Origin: Gemmatimonadaceae bacterium
Lineage (GTDB): Bacteria > Gemmatimonadota > Gemmatimonadetes > Gemmatimonadales > Gemmatimonadaceae
Direction of reading: 5' to 3'
Assembly: GCA_040901985.1 (NCBI GenBank)
Contig: JBBDYC010000001.1
Span: forward strand, 60,486-106,842
DNA length: 46,357 bases
Made by a program: the position numbers and the translations under genes. Of this stretch, positions 21,920-31,707 are shown in pieces. Within the stretch, counting starts at the first letter, position 1, and each line of letters starts with the position of its first letter. Under the pieces are notes generated by a model that saw only the letters and a program-made list of their open reading frames with translations, did not search any database and had not been told where the DNA came from.

Positions 21920-22912
21920 ATGACTCGCATCTTCAGCGGCATCCAGCCCTCCGGGGAGCTCCACATCGGCAACTACCTCGGGGCGGTCAAGAACTGGGTC
22001 GCGCTGCAGCATCGGCACGAGTCGTTCTTCTGCATCGTAAACTATCACGCCATCACGGTCGCGTACGCGCCGGAGGATCTGCGGCAGCGGACGCGCGAGA
22101 TGGCGATCTCGCTCCTCGCCTCGGGGCTCGACCCCGCCAAGGCGGTGGTCTTCGTCCAGAGCGACGTCCCCGAGCACACCGAGCTGCAGTGGATCTTCAA
22201 CACCATCACCCCGCTCGGCGAGCTCGAGCGGCAGGTGGCGTTCAAGGAGAAGGCGGCGCGGCAGGAGCAGGTGATGGCGGGGCTCCTCAACTATCCGGTG
22301 CTCCAGGCAGCGGACATCCTCCTCTACCGCGCCGACACGGTCCCGGTGGGCGAGGACCAAGTGCAGCACCTTGAGCTCTCGCGCGTCGTGGCGCGCAATT
22401 GGAACTCCCGCTTCTCGCCTGGCGCGCCCTTCTTCCCCGAGCCGAAGCCCACGCTGACGCCAATGCGCCGCATCGTGGGACTTGATGGGCAGGCGAAGAT
22501 GTCAAAGTCGCTCAACAACACCATCGGGCTCCTCGACTCCCCCGACGAGATGTGGGAGAAGCTGCGGCCGGCGGTCACCGACCCCAAGCGGCAGCGGAAG
22601 TCCGACCCCGGCGAGCCGAACGACTGCAAGACGATCTACGAGCTGCACAAGGCGTTCTCGCCGGCGGCGACGGTGGCCGAGGTGGAGGTGAACTGCCGGG
22701 GCGCCAAGTGGGGGTGCATTGACTGCAAGCAGGTGCTCCACAAGCATATGGTGGCGGAGCTGACGCCGATCCGCGTGCGGGCCGAGGCGCTCCAGGCCGA
22801 TCCGGCGCAGGTGGATGCCCAGCTCGCCGACGGTAGCTCACGAGCGCGCACGGTCGCGCGCGAAACGATGCGTGAGGTCAAGGCACGCATGGGACTCGAC
22901 GCGCGTGAATGA
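21920..22912 (+). CDS. trpS: Tryptophan--tRNA ligase
   Basis: FSGIQPSG, HIGNYLGA, YPVLQAADIL, VPVGEDQ, KMSKS. Confidence 0.97.
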   Translation: MTRIFSGIQPSGELHIGNYLGAVKNWVALQHRHESFFCIVNYHAITVAYAPEDLRQRTREMAISLLASGLDPAKAVVFVQSDVPEHTELQWIFNTITPLGELERQVAFKEKAARQEQVMAGLLNYPVLQAADILLYRADTVPVGEDQVQHLELSRVVARNWNSRFSPGAPFFPEPKPTLTPMRRIVGLDGQAKMSKSLNNTIGLLDSPDEMWEKLRPAVTDPKRQRKSDPGEPNDCKTIYELHKAFSPAATVAEVEVNCRGAKWGCIDCKQVLHKHMVAELTPIRVRAEALQADPAQVDAQLADGSSRARTVARETMREVKARMGLDARE

Positions 22913-23480
22913 GTTACGGGAGTTCATCGAGATCCTCCGTCTCGACCTCGGGGCGAAGCTGTTCATCGCCATCCTCGTCGGCGGCGGGATCGGCCTCGAG
23001 CGCGAGTTGCGCCGCAAGCCAGCCGGCCTCCGGACCAACATCCTGATCTGCGTCGGCTCGGCGCTGCTGATGGACCTCTCGATGGCCCTGGCGTTTGCCC
23101 ACGGCGGCGACCCGGGGCGGATCGCCGCGCAGGTCGTCACCGGGATTGGCTTCCTTGGCGCGGGGACGATCCTCCACACCCGCGGCACGATCACCGGCCT
23201 CACCTCGGCCGCGACGATCTGGGTCGTCGCGGCGATCGGCCTCACCGTCGGCGCCGGGTTCCACTTCGAGGCGCTGGCGGCGACGATGACGGTGATGGTC
23301 GTCCTGCGCGGGCTCGGCTGGCTGGAGGGGCGCTTCCTGACGGCGGAGTCGGACAGCCGCGAGGGGCTGCCGGCGGACGAGTGGCAGCGGCGCGGCGAAG
23401 GGCGCCGGTCGAGTGACCGGGGCGACGAGTCGTCGTCCCGGGCCCCGCGGCCCGGAACTCCGCCGCCCGACCGCGACTGA
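22905..23480 (+). CDS. MgtC/SapB family membrane protein
   Basis: IGLERE, PAGLRT, DPGRIAAQVVTGIGFLGAG, GLTSAATIW. GTG at 22905. Confidence 0.93.
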   Translation: MNELREFIEILRLDLGAKLFIAILVGGGIGLERELRRKPAGLRTNILICVGSALLMDLSMALAFAHGGDPGRIAAQVVTGIGFLGAGTILHTRGTITGLTSAATIWVVAAIGLTVGAGFHFEALAATMTVMVVLRGLGWLEGRFLTAESDSREGLPADEWQRRGEGRRSSDRGDESSSRAPRPGTPPPDRD

Positions 23481-24523
23481 TGGCGGACGGGGGGAGGCTG
23501 CTGGTCGTTGATCTTCGGTCGACGGCCGAGGCGTTCGCGCTCCCCGACCGGGTGGCCGAGGCGATCCTCGCGGCGACCCCCGCCGGCTGGCGCACCTACA
23601 TCGTCGCGTCGCTGACGGATTCGTTTGGCGACGGGGCGCAGGCGCCGAGCGAGGAGGCGCTCCTCGCGGTGCGCGACGCCGAGGTCTACGTGGGATTTGG
23701 GATGCCGCGCGCGCTCTTTCTCGCCGGCCCGCGGCTGCGCTGGGTGCAGACCGGGACCGCCGGCGTCGCCACGCTGCTCTACGCCGAGATCCGCGACGGC
23801 GACGTGCTCCTCACGAACGCGGCGGGCCTCTACGGACCGTCCATCGCCGAGTACGTGGTGGGGGGCGTGCTGCACTTCCTGCGCGCGTTCGACCTCGCGG
23901 CGGTGATGCGCCAGGCGCGCGTCTGGGACCAGGGCGCCTTTGCGACCGCGCGGGCGATGGTCCGCGAGGTGGACGAGTGCGCGGTACTGGTGATCGGCGC
24001 CGGCGGGCTGGGGAGCGAGGTGGCGCGGCGATTCCGGGCGCTCGGCGCGCGGGTGACCGGGGTGCGGCGGCGCCCCGAGCTGGGGCTGCCGGAGGGCTTT
24101 GCGGCCGTTCACGGCCCAGACGCACTCGACCGCCTGCTTCCGGAGGCGGACGTGATCGTCCTCGCGACGCCGCTCACCGACGAGACGCGGAGGGTGCTCA
24201 GTGCGGCGCGGATTGCGCGGCTCCGGCCAGGCGCGATCGTCTGCAACGTGGCGCGCGGCGCGCTCGTGGACGAGCGCGCCCTGGCGGCGGCCCTGCAGGA
24301 GGGGCGGATCCGCGGGGCGGTGCTCGACGTCTTCGAGCGCGAGCCGCTGGCGGCGGACAGTCCGCTGTGGCACCTTGAACGCGTCCTGCAGACGCCGCAC
24401 GTCTCGGGCGTATCGCCGAGGCGGTTCTGGGACCGCTTTCAGGACCTGCTACTCGACAATTGGGCACGCTACCGGGCGGGCACGCCGTTGCGAAACGTCG
24501 TGGACAAGCGCGCCGGCTACTGA
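23480..24523 (+). CDS. D-2-hydroxyacid dehydrogenase family
   Basis: GAGGLG, PLTDET, NVARG, LDVFEREPL, TPHVSG. Confidence 0.92.
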   Translation: MADGGRLLVVDLRSTAEAFALPDRVAEAILAATPAGWRTYIVASLTDSFGDGAQAPSEEALLAVRDAEVYVGFGMPRALFLAGPRLRWVQTGTAGVATLLYAEIRDGDVLLTNAAGLYGPSIAEYVVGGVLHFLRAFDLAAVMRQARVWDQGAFATARAMVREVDECAVLVIGAGGLGSEVARRFRALGARVTGVRRRPELGLPEGFAAVHGPDALDRLLPEADVIVLATPLTDETRRVLSAARIARLRPGAIVCNVARGALVDERALAAALQEGRIRGAVLDVFEREPLAADSPLWHLERVLQTPHVSGVSPRRFWDRFQDLLLDNWARYRAGTPLRNVVDKRAGY

Positions 24524-24535
24524 GACGGCCACACC

Positions 24536-25597
24536 ATGGAAAAGATCATCAAGGCGGCGGTGGAACGGGGGGCGTCCGACCTGCACATCAAGGCCGGCGA
24601 CGTCTTCCGTGCGCGCATCGATGGCAAGCTGGTGCCACTCACCAAGCAAGCCCTGACACCGGACCAGACGAAGTCCATCGCGCTCAAGCTGATCGTCAAC
24701 GAGGACGACCGCGCGCGGATCGACAAGATCAACGACTACGACTGCTCGTGGGGCGCGCCGGGCATCGGGCGCTTCCGCGTGAACATCCTCCGCCAGCGCT
24801 CGAGCTTCATGATCGTGATGCGGGTGATCCCGTTCGAGGTGCCGAGCATTGACAAGCTCGGCCTGCCGCCGGTGCTGAAGCAGGTCGCCGAGGCGGATCG
24901 CGGATTGGTCCTCGTCACCGGCGTGACGGGCTCGGGGAAGAGCACGACGATGGCGGCGATGATCAATCACGTCAACCAGCACCAGAATCGGCATATCGTC
25001 ACGCTGGAGAGCCCGATCGAGTTCCTCCATCGCGACCTCCAGAGTTCGGTGACGCAGCGCGAGATTGGCGTGGACACGGACACCTTCCGGCACGGCCTGC
25101 GGGCCGCGCTTCGTCAGGACCCGGACGTCGTGCTGATCGGCGAGATGCGCGACCCGGAGACGATTGACACCGCGCTCAAGGCGGCGGAGACGGGGAACCT
25201 GCTCATCTCGACGCTCCACACGGCCGACGCGTCGAGCACGGTGATGCGGATCCTCGCGATGTTCCCGCCGGAGGAGCAGGACGTGGTGCGCCTCCGGCTC
25301 GCCGACGCGCTGTACGCGGTGATCTCGCAGCGGCTCGTCCCACGGAAGGACGCGGAGGGTCGCGTCGCCGCGCTCGAGATCATGATCGTGACGCCGGAGA
25401 TCCGCGCGCTGGTGCTGGAGAACCGGATCGGCGAGATCCGCGCGTGCATCGCCGCCGGTGGCGAGGCGCACGGAATGCAGACCTTCGAACAGCACCTCGA
25501 GGCGCTGGTGGCGGCGGGTACGATCGAGTCAAGCGTGGCGGCCGCGGCGTCGTCGCGGCCATCGGAGTTCCAGGGCCGGGCGAAGAAGGCGACGTGA
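24536..25597 (+). CDS. PilT/PilU family ATPase
   Basis: ASDLHI, RFRVN, GVTGSGKSTT, ALRQDPDVVLIGEMRD, STLHT, GMQTF. Two motif deviations are described in findings. Confidence 0.92.
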   Translation: MEKIIKAAVERGASDLHIKAGDVFRARIDGKLVPLTKQALTPDQTKSIALKLIVNEDDRARIDKINDYDCSWGAPGIGRFRVNILRQRSSFMIVMRVIPFEVPSIDKLGLPPVLKQVAEADRGLVLVTGVTGSGKSTTMAAMINHVNQHQNRHIVTLESPIEFLHRDLQSSVTQREIGVDTDTFRHGLRAALRQDPDVVLIGEMRDPETIDTALKAAETGNLLISTLHTADASSTVMRILAMFPPEEQDVVRLRLADALYAVISQRLVPRKDAEGRVAALEIMIVTPEIRALVLENRIGEIRACIAAGGEAHGMQTFEQHLEALVAAGTIESSVAAAASSRPSEFQGRAKKAT

Positions 25598-26481
25598 GCC
25601 GCGTGCTCGCGCTTTCGGGCATCCTCGGCCCGGTCGTCACGCCATTTGCCCGCGGGGAGGAACTCGACCTCGACGGGTTCCGGCGGAACGTGCGCGCGCA
25701 TATCGCGGACGGGCTCGCCGGCGTGGTGCTCGCCGGCAGCACGGGGGAGGCGGCGCTGCTCACCGAGGAGGAGCGCCTCGCCCTGGTGTCGGCCGCGCGC
25801 CCGGAAGTGCCGGCGGACCGCTGGCTGATCGTCGGCACCGGGGGCGAGTCCACGCGACAGTGCGTGACGCGCTGCCGCGCGGCCAAGGCTGGCGGCGCCG
25901 ACGCCGCGCTGGTCGTGGCCCCGCACTACTATTCGAACGTGATGGGCGAGGCGGCACTGCGGGCGCACTACACGCGGGTGGCCGACGAGTCGCCGCTCCC
26001 GGTGATCCTCTACAACATTCCCAAGTACGCGCACTTCGGTCTCTCCGAGGCGCTGGTGGGCGAGCTTGCGCGCCACCCGAACGTCATCGGGATCAAGGAC
26101 AGCTCCGGCGCGCCGGAGAGTCTCGCCGGGTACCTGCGCGCGCAGGGGGAGGCGTTCACCGTGCTGACGGGGAGCGGCTCGGGGCTCCTGGCGGCGCTCC
26201 AGGCCGGTGCCCGCGGCGGAATCGTCGCCGTCTCGCTCTTTGCGGCTGCGCTCGCGCTGGAAGTGCTTGCCGGCCACCGCACCGGCGACGCGGCGCGCGC
26301 GGCGGCGGCGCAGGCGCGCCTGGTGCCGATGGCAAACGTGATCGTGGCCAAGCTCGGGGTGGCCGGCGTGAAGGCCGCGCTCGACCAGGTGGGGCGCGTC
26401 GGCGGGCGCCCGCGACTGCCGTTGCTCCCGCTCACGCCAGCCGAGTGCGCGGAGATGGTCGCCGCGCTCGGCGCACCATAA
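25594..26481 (+). CDS. Dihydrodipicolinate synthase family aldolase
   Basis: GTG at 25594. VTPF, GSTGE, LYNIP, GIKDSSG (Schiff-base Lys). Substrate not determinable. Confidence 0.88.
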   Translation: MSRVLALSGILGPVVTPFARGEELDLDGFRRNVRAHIADGLAGVVLAGSTGEAALLTEEERLALVSAARPEVPADRWLIVGTGGESTRQCVTRCRAAKAGGADAALVVAPHYYSNVMGEAALRAHYTRVADESPLPVILYNIPKYAHFGLSEALVGELARHPNVIGIKDSSGAPESLAGYLRAQGEAFTVLTGSGSGLLAALQAGARGGIVAVSLFAAALALEVLAGHRTGDAARAAAAQARLVPMANVIVAKLGVAGVKAALDQVGRVGGRPRLPLLPLTPAECAEMVAALGAP

Positions 26482-26497
26482 TTCTCCCCGGATTCCC

Positions 26498-27784
26498 ATG
26501 TTCGATGCCAAGACCCGCACCATCGTGATCGTCGGCGCCCAGTGGGGCGACGAAGGCAAGGGCAAGTTGGTGGACGTCCTCGCCGAGCGCGCCGACTGGG
26601 TGGTGCGCTACCAGGGCGGGGCGAACGCCGGCCACACCGTTCACGTCGGCGACGAGTCCACGGTGCTCCATCAGGTGCCGAGTGGAATCCTCCACCAGGG
26701 CGTGCGCTGCGCAATCGGGAACGGCGTCGTCCTCGACCCCGAGGCGATGTTCGAGGAGGTGGATGCGCTCGTCGCCAACGGGGTGGACGTGGCCGGACGC
26801 CTGTATCTCTCCGACCGCGCGCATCTCGTGATGCCGTACCACAAACTGGTGGACAAGGAGAGCGCGGCGAGTCGGGCCATCGGGACGACCGGGCGGGGGA
26901 TTGGGCCGGCGTACGAGGACAAGGTCGCGCGCCGCGGAATCCGGGTGCTCGACCTCCGCCAGCCGGCGCGACTCAAGGCACTCGTCGAAAAGGGAACCGA
27001 CCACGCCAATCACATCCTCTCCGGCTTCGGGTCGGCCAAGCGCGCTGACGCGGCGTTCACGCTCGCGGCGCTCGAGCGCATCGCGCCGCGCCTGCTCTCG
27101 ATTGCCGAGGACGTGGGGTTGGCGGTCTACCGGGCGCAGAAGCAGGGGGCGGCGGTCCTCCTCGAGGGCGCGCAGGGGTCGCTGCTCGACGTGGACCACG
27201 GGACCTACCCGTTCGTGACCTCGTCCAGCACGACGGCAGGTGGGGCGGCGATCGGGGTCGGGATCGGCCCCCGCACGATTGACGCGGCGATCGGCGTGGT
27301 GAAGGCCTATACCACCCGCGTCGGCGCCGGCCCGATGCCGACCGAATTCGACGACGCGATGGGCGAGCGGGTGCGAACGCTCGGCAACGAGTTCGGCGCC
27401 ACCACCGGCCGTCCCCGGCGCTGCGGGTGGTTCGACGCGGTCGTCGTGCGCTATGCCGTCCGCGTGAACGGGCTCACCGGCCTGGCGGTCACCAAGCTCG
27501 ACGTCCTCGACACGCTCGAGCGGATCGGCCTCTGCACGGGCTACACGATCAACGGCGAGGTGGTGACCGAGTTTCCGGGCGACATCGCCGACACTCCGGA
27601 CATCACGCCGGTCTACGAGTGGTTTGACGGCTGGATGTCCTCGACGGCCGAGGCGCGCACGATGGCCGCCCTCCCGAAGAAGGCACGGACGTATCTGGAC
27701 CGAATCGTCGAGCTGGTGGAATGCCCGGCGCAGTACGTGAGCGTGGGGACGCGCCGGGACCAGATCATTGGCCTGAAGGTGTGA
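26498..27784 (+). CDS. purA: Adenylosuccinate synthetase
   Basis: GAQWGDEGKGK, GGANAGHT, EGAQG, GATTGRPRRCGWFD, TKLDVL. Confidence 0.98.
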   Translation: MFDAKTRTIVIVGAQWGDEGKGKLVDVLAERADWVVRYQGGANAGHTVHVGDESTVLHQVPSGILHQGVRCAIGNGVVLDPEAMFEEVDALVANGVDVAGRLYLSDRAHLVMPYHKLVDKESAASRAIGTTGRGIGPAYEDKVARRGIRVLDLRQPARLKALVEKGTDHANHILSGFGSAKRADAAFTLAALERIAPRLLSIAEDVGLAVYRAQKQGAAVLLEGAQGSLLDVDHGTYPFVTSSSTTAGGAAIGVGIGPRTIDAAIGVVKAYTTRVGAGPMPTEFDDAMGERVRTLGNEFGATTGRPRRCGWFDAVVVRYAVRVNGLTGLAVTKLDVLDTLERIGLCTGYTINGEVVTEFPGDIADTPDITPVYEWFDGWMSSTAEARTMAALPKKARTYLDRIVELVECPAQYVSVGTRRDQIIGLKV

Positions 27785-27841
27785 GGTGTGAGGGGTGAGG
27801 TTAGATTCCGAGACCTCACACCTTTCACCTTTCTCCTGTAG
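27775..27841. repeat. Heptamer-repeat palindrome (TGAGGTG variant) overlapping the purA stop codon
   Basis: gaaggtg tgaggtg tgagggg tgaggtt / agattccgaga / cctcaca cctttca cctttct cctgtag. Confidence 0.85.
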
Positions 27842-27843
27842 TC

Positions 27844-29217
27844 ATGCCCCCCGACGTCCTTGAGTCCCTGGTCAGCCTCGCCAAGCGCCGCGGGTTCATC
27901 TTCCAGTCCTCCGAGATCTACGGCGGGACCGGGTCGGTCTGGGACTACGGCCCGCTCGGCGTTGAGCTCAAGAACAACGTCAAGGCGCGTTGGTGGAACG
28001 CGATGGTGCGCGAACGCGCCGACGTCGAGGGGCTCGACGCGGCGATCCTGATGCATCCACGCGTCTGGGAGGCCTCCGGCCACGTGGCCGGCTTTTCCGA
28101 CCCGCTCGTGGACTGCAAGGCGTGCAAGGCGCGTTTTCGCGCCGACCAGGTCACCGACGCCCAGTGCCCCCGGAAGCCGAGCAAGCACCCCGGCGAGCAC
28201 GCCGACTGCCAGCTCACCGAGCCGCGGCTGTTCAACCTGATGTTCAAAACGTTCATGGGGCCGGTCGAGGAGTCGGCGGCCACGGTCTATCTGCGTCCGG
28301 AGACGGCGCAGGGGATCTTCGTGAACTTCCTGAACGTCCAGCAGGCCACGCGCCAGAAGGTCCCGTTCGGGATCGCCCAGATCGGCAAGGCGTTCCGCAA
28401 CGAGATCACGCCCGGCAACTTCACCTTCCGGACGCGCGAGTTTGAGCAGATGGAGATGCAGTACTTCGTCGAGCCCGGCACGGATATGGAATGGTTCGAG
28501 CGTTGGAAGCAGGCCCGCCTCGACTGGCACCTCGCCCTCGGCCTCGACCGTGCGCGCCTCGAGTTCCATCAGCACACCGACAAGGAGCTTGCGCACTATG
28601 CGCGCGCGGCGTTCGACATCAATTTCGACTTCGGCGGCTCGCTCGGCTTCCAGGAGATCGAGGGAATCCACAATCGCTCGGACTTCGACCTCCGGCAGCA
28701 TCAGCAGTTCAGCACCAAGAAGCTCGAGTACGTGGACCAGGTGAAGAACACGCGCTATCTCCCCTTCGTGATCGAGACCTCGGTCGGTGCCGACCGGGTG
28801 ACGCTGGCGCTTCTCGTCAACGCGCTCCGCGAGGAGCCGGTGCCCGGCGAGACGGAGGGCCGCACGGTGCTGGGCTTCCATCCGGCGCTCTCGCCGATCA
28901 AGGCGGGGGTCTTTCCGCTCACCAAGAAGGATGGCCAGCCGGAGATGGCCGAGCGGATTGCCGGCGCACTGCGGAAGCGGTTCAACGTCTTCTACGACGA
29001 GGCCGGCGCGATCGGCCGGCGCTACCGCCGGCAGGACGAGGCCGGCACGCCGTTCGGCGTGACGGTGGACAGCGAGTCCTCGACGAACGACGATGTCACG
29101 ATCCGCTTCCGGGATGACATGGGCCAGGTCCGCGTCTCCAGCTCGAAGGTGGGCCAGGTGATCGCCGACTATCTCGACGCCGATCATCCGCGCGCCGACT
29201 CGCGCCTGGCGGGCTGA
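27844..29217 (+). CDS. glyQS: Glycine--tRNA ligase (homodimeric alpha2 type)
   Basis: [48 protein letters not shown]. Confidence 0.96.
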   Translation: MPPDVLESLVSLAKRRGFIFQSSEIYGGTGSVWDYGPLGVELKNNVKARWWNAMVRERADVEGLDAAILMHPRVWEASGHVAGFSDPLVDCKACKARFRADQVTDAQCPRKPSKHPGEHADCQLTEPRLFNLMFKTFMGPVEESAATVYLRPETAQGIFVNFLNVQQATRQKVPFGIAQIGKAFRNEITPGNFTFRTREFEQMEMQYFVEPGTDMEWFERWKQARLDWHLALGLDRARLEFHQHTDKELAHYARAAFDINFDFGGSLGFQEIEGIHNRSDFDLRQHQQFSTKKLEYVDQVKNTRYLPFVIETSVGADRVTLALLVNALREEPVPGETEGRTVLGFHPALSPIKAGVFPLTKKDGQPEMAERIAGALRKRFNVFYDEAGAIGRRYRRQDEAGTPFGVTVDSESSTNDDVTIRFRDDMGQVRVSSSKVGQVIADYLDADHPRADSRLAG

Positions 29218-29224
29218 GATCGCC

Positions 29225-30820
29225 GTGCCGCCGCGCGCCGCCACCGATCCCCGCGAGCCGCTCGAGCGCCTGCGCGAGCGCGGAGAGCCGTTCCTCGAGG
29301 AGATCTCCGCCGAGTATCACGCGGCCTACGCCGGCCTGAAGTCCGGCGCCGAGCTCCAGCCGATCTACCGGAAGCACGAGGCGGCGTACGACGACGAGGC
29401 GTTCGCCGTGGCGCTCGCGCTCTTCCGGGAGAGCGCGCCCACGAAACCGGTGGTGGCGCGGTCCTCCAGCGGCGGCGCCGACCTTGCCGGCCTCGGCATC
29501 TCGCCGACCCATCGCTCGGCGCGCCTCCTCGTGGATTGGCTCCTCGAGTCGCGCGTCGGGCGCGAACTTGCCCCGGTCGAGGAACGGGAGATCGCCTGGG
29601 AGGGGGCGGCGGTCGTCACGCTCCCCGACGGCACCGCCGAGCCGTATCAGCGTGTGCCGATCACGCTCGGCAACACCCGCGACGTGAAGGCGCGCCACGC
29701 GCTCGACGACGCGCGCGCGGCGCTCGTGGAGGCCGAGCTCGCACCGATCCGCCTGGAACGCCTTGAGCGCGAGCACGAGGTCGTCGAGCGGTTTGGGATC
29801 GCGTCGAACTACAACGCCACCTGGGAGGCGCTGAGCGGCGTTGCCCTCGGCGCACTGCGCACCGAGTGCGAGGCCTTCCTCCGCGACACGCAGGACCTCT
29901 GGGACGACCTCCTCCCGGACTTCCTCAAGCGCGGCCTCGGCATCACGCCGCCCGAGGCGACCCGGGCCGACGTCGCGGCGCTGATGCGCTTCCCGGAGTT
30001 CGACCCCTACTTCACCGCCGAGGCGATGGAGCGCGAGGTCCGCCGCCAGGTGACGGAGATGGGGATCAGCCCCGACGCCGAGGGCCGCGTGCGCTACGAC
30101 ACCGGCGAGCGGGAAGGGAAGCGGCCCCGCGCCTTCTGCGCGCCGGTGCGGATCCCCGACGTCGTGCATCTCGTCCTCCGCCCGCACGGCGGGCAGAGCG
30201 ACTGGATGACGCTGATGCACGAGCTCGGCCACGCGCTCCACTTCGCGAACATGGCGCGGACGCTGCCGTTCGAGTTCCGCTGGCTCGGCGACAACTCGGT
30301 GACCGAAGGGTATGCGATGCTCTTCGACCACCGCCTGAAGGATCGTGGCTGGCTGGCGCGCTACACCGGGCTCGGAAGGCGGGAACTGCCGAGGTATCTC
30401 CGCGCCGCCGGGTTCGAGGAGCTGCACTTCGTGCGGCGGTATGCCGCCAAGCTCATCTACGAGACCGAGCTGCACGGCGGCCGCATCGGATGGTCGGCGC
30501 TCCCCGATCTCTTCGTCGAGATCCTGACCAAGGCGACCGGCTTCCGCTACCAGCGCAGCGATGCCTTCGTGGACGTGGACCCTCGCTACTACGCGGCGCG
30601 CTACCTGCGGGCCTGGCAGCTGCAGGCGGTGCTCGACGAGTCGCTGCGCGAGCGGTTCAACGACGACTGGTGGCGGAACCCCGCCGCCGGTCCGTGGATC
30701 GTGGACGAACTCTTTGCGCACGGACAGCGGGAGCTGGCGGACGAGCAGGCGCAGCGCATCTCGGGCAAGGGACTCTCCTTCGCGCCGGTCGTCGCCGGCA
30801 TCGAGCGGATGGTCGGATGA
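29225..30820 (+). CDS. M3-like zinc metallopeptidase
   Basis: REGKRPRAFC, HELGH (HExxH) and a downstream Glu in SVTEGYAMLF. Confidence 0.75.
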   Translation: MPPRAATDPREPLERLRERGEPFLEEISAEYHAAYAGLKSGAELQPIYRKHEAAYDDEAFAVALALFRESAPTKPVVARSSSGGADLAGLGISPTHRSARLLVDWLLESRVGRELAPVEEREIAWEGAAVVTLPDGTAEPYQRVPITLGNTRDVKARHALDDARAALVEAELAPIRLERLEREHEVVERFGIASNYNATWEALSGVALGALRTECEAFLRDTQDLWDDLLPDFLKRGLGITPPEATRADVAALMRFPEFDPYFTAEAMEREVRRQVTEMGISPDAEGRVRYDTGEREGKRPRAFCAPVRIPDVVHLVLRPHGGQSDWMTLMHELGHALHFANMARTLPFEFRWLGDNSVTEGYAMLFDHRLKDRGWLARYTGLGRRELPRYLRAAGFEELHFVRRYAAKLIYETELHGGRIGWSALPDLFVEILTKATGFRYQRSDAFVDVDPRYYAARYLRAWQLQAVLDESLRERFNDDWWRNPAAGPWIVDELFAHGQRELADEQAQRISGKGLSFAPVVAGIERMVG

Positions 30821-31674
30821 CACCACCGGTCGTGTATCTCAACGGGAAGTTCGTGCCGAAGTCCGAGGCGTTCATCCCGGCGGAGGACCGGGGTTTCATC
30901 TTCGGCGACGGCATCTACGAGGTGGTGCGCGTGATCGGTGGTCGCCTCTTCGCCTGGGATGCGCACGCGGCGCGGATGGCCGACGGACTCGCCGGCCTGC
31001 GCATCGGCACGGCAGGCGCCGAGTCGGCGACGCTGCGGGGCGTCTGCGAGCGGCTGGTCACGGAGAACGGCCTCACCGCCGGCGAGGCGACGGTCTACCT
31101 GCAGGTCACCCGCGGCGTGGCGCCACGGGTGCATCACTTCCCGGCGCCGAACACGCCGACCACGATCTACGGCTCGGCCTCGAAGTTCACGCCGAATCTC
31201 CCGATGCGGGAGCAGGGTGCCGCGGGGATCACCTTTGCCGACCTCCGCTGGGCGCGTTGCGACCTCAAGACGGTGAACCTGCTCGGGCCGGTGCTGGCGC
31301 GGCAGGCCGCCGCGGAGGCGGGGGCGTACGAGGCGATCCTCCACCGCGACGGGATGGTCACCGAGGGAGCGGCGACGAACTGCTGCGCCGTCATCGGCGG
31401 CGTGCTGCGGACCGCGCCACTCAGCAACTACATCCTTCCCGGCATCACGCGCGCCATCCTGTTGCCGTTCGCGAAGGACCTCGGCATCCCGGTCGAGGAG
31501 CGGGCCTTCACGCTCCGCGAACTGCCGTCGGTGGATGAACTGTTCGTCTGCGGCACGACCACCGATGTGCAGGCGATTGTCACGCTCGACGGCCGGCGGA
31601 TCGGGTCGGGTGCGCCGGGCCCGGTGACGGTCAGGCTTCGCGAGGCCTTGGCGGCACGCTTGTACGACCGATAG
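30817..31674 (+). CDS. D-amino acid aminotransferase (PLP fold IV)
   Basis: ATGA overlap. VYLNG, DRGFIFGDGIYEV, YLQVTRG, CDLKTVNLL, ILPGITR. Confidence 0.9.
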   Translation: MTPPVVYLNGKFVPKSEAFIPAEDRGFIFGDGIYEVVRVIGGRLFAWDAHAARMADGLAGLRIGTAGAESATLRGVCERLVTENGLTAGEATVYLQVTRGVAPRVHHFPAPNTPTTIYGSASKFTPNLPMREQGAAGITFADLRWARCDLKTVNLLGPVLARQAAAEAGAYEAILHRDGMVTEGAATNCCAVIGGVLRTAPLSNYILPGITRAILLPFAKDLGIPVEERAFTLRELPSVDELFVCGTTTDVQAIVTLDGRRIGSGAPGPVTVRLREALAARLYDR

Positions 31675-31707
31675 CGACGTGCCAATCGGGATCCCGGACG
31701 TCGCCGA

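Noticed and set aside
25594..26481. Calling this gene dapA
   Set aside because: Family motifs are present but there is no lysine-pathway context; it may be another aldolase such as a HOGA/KDG type.
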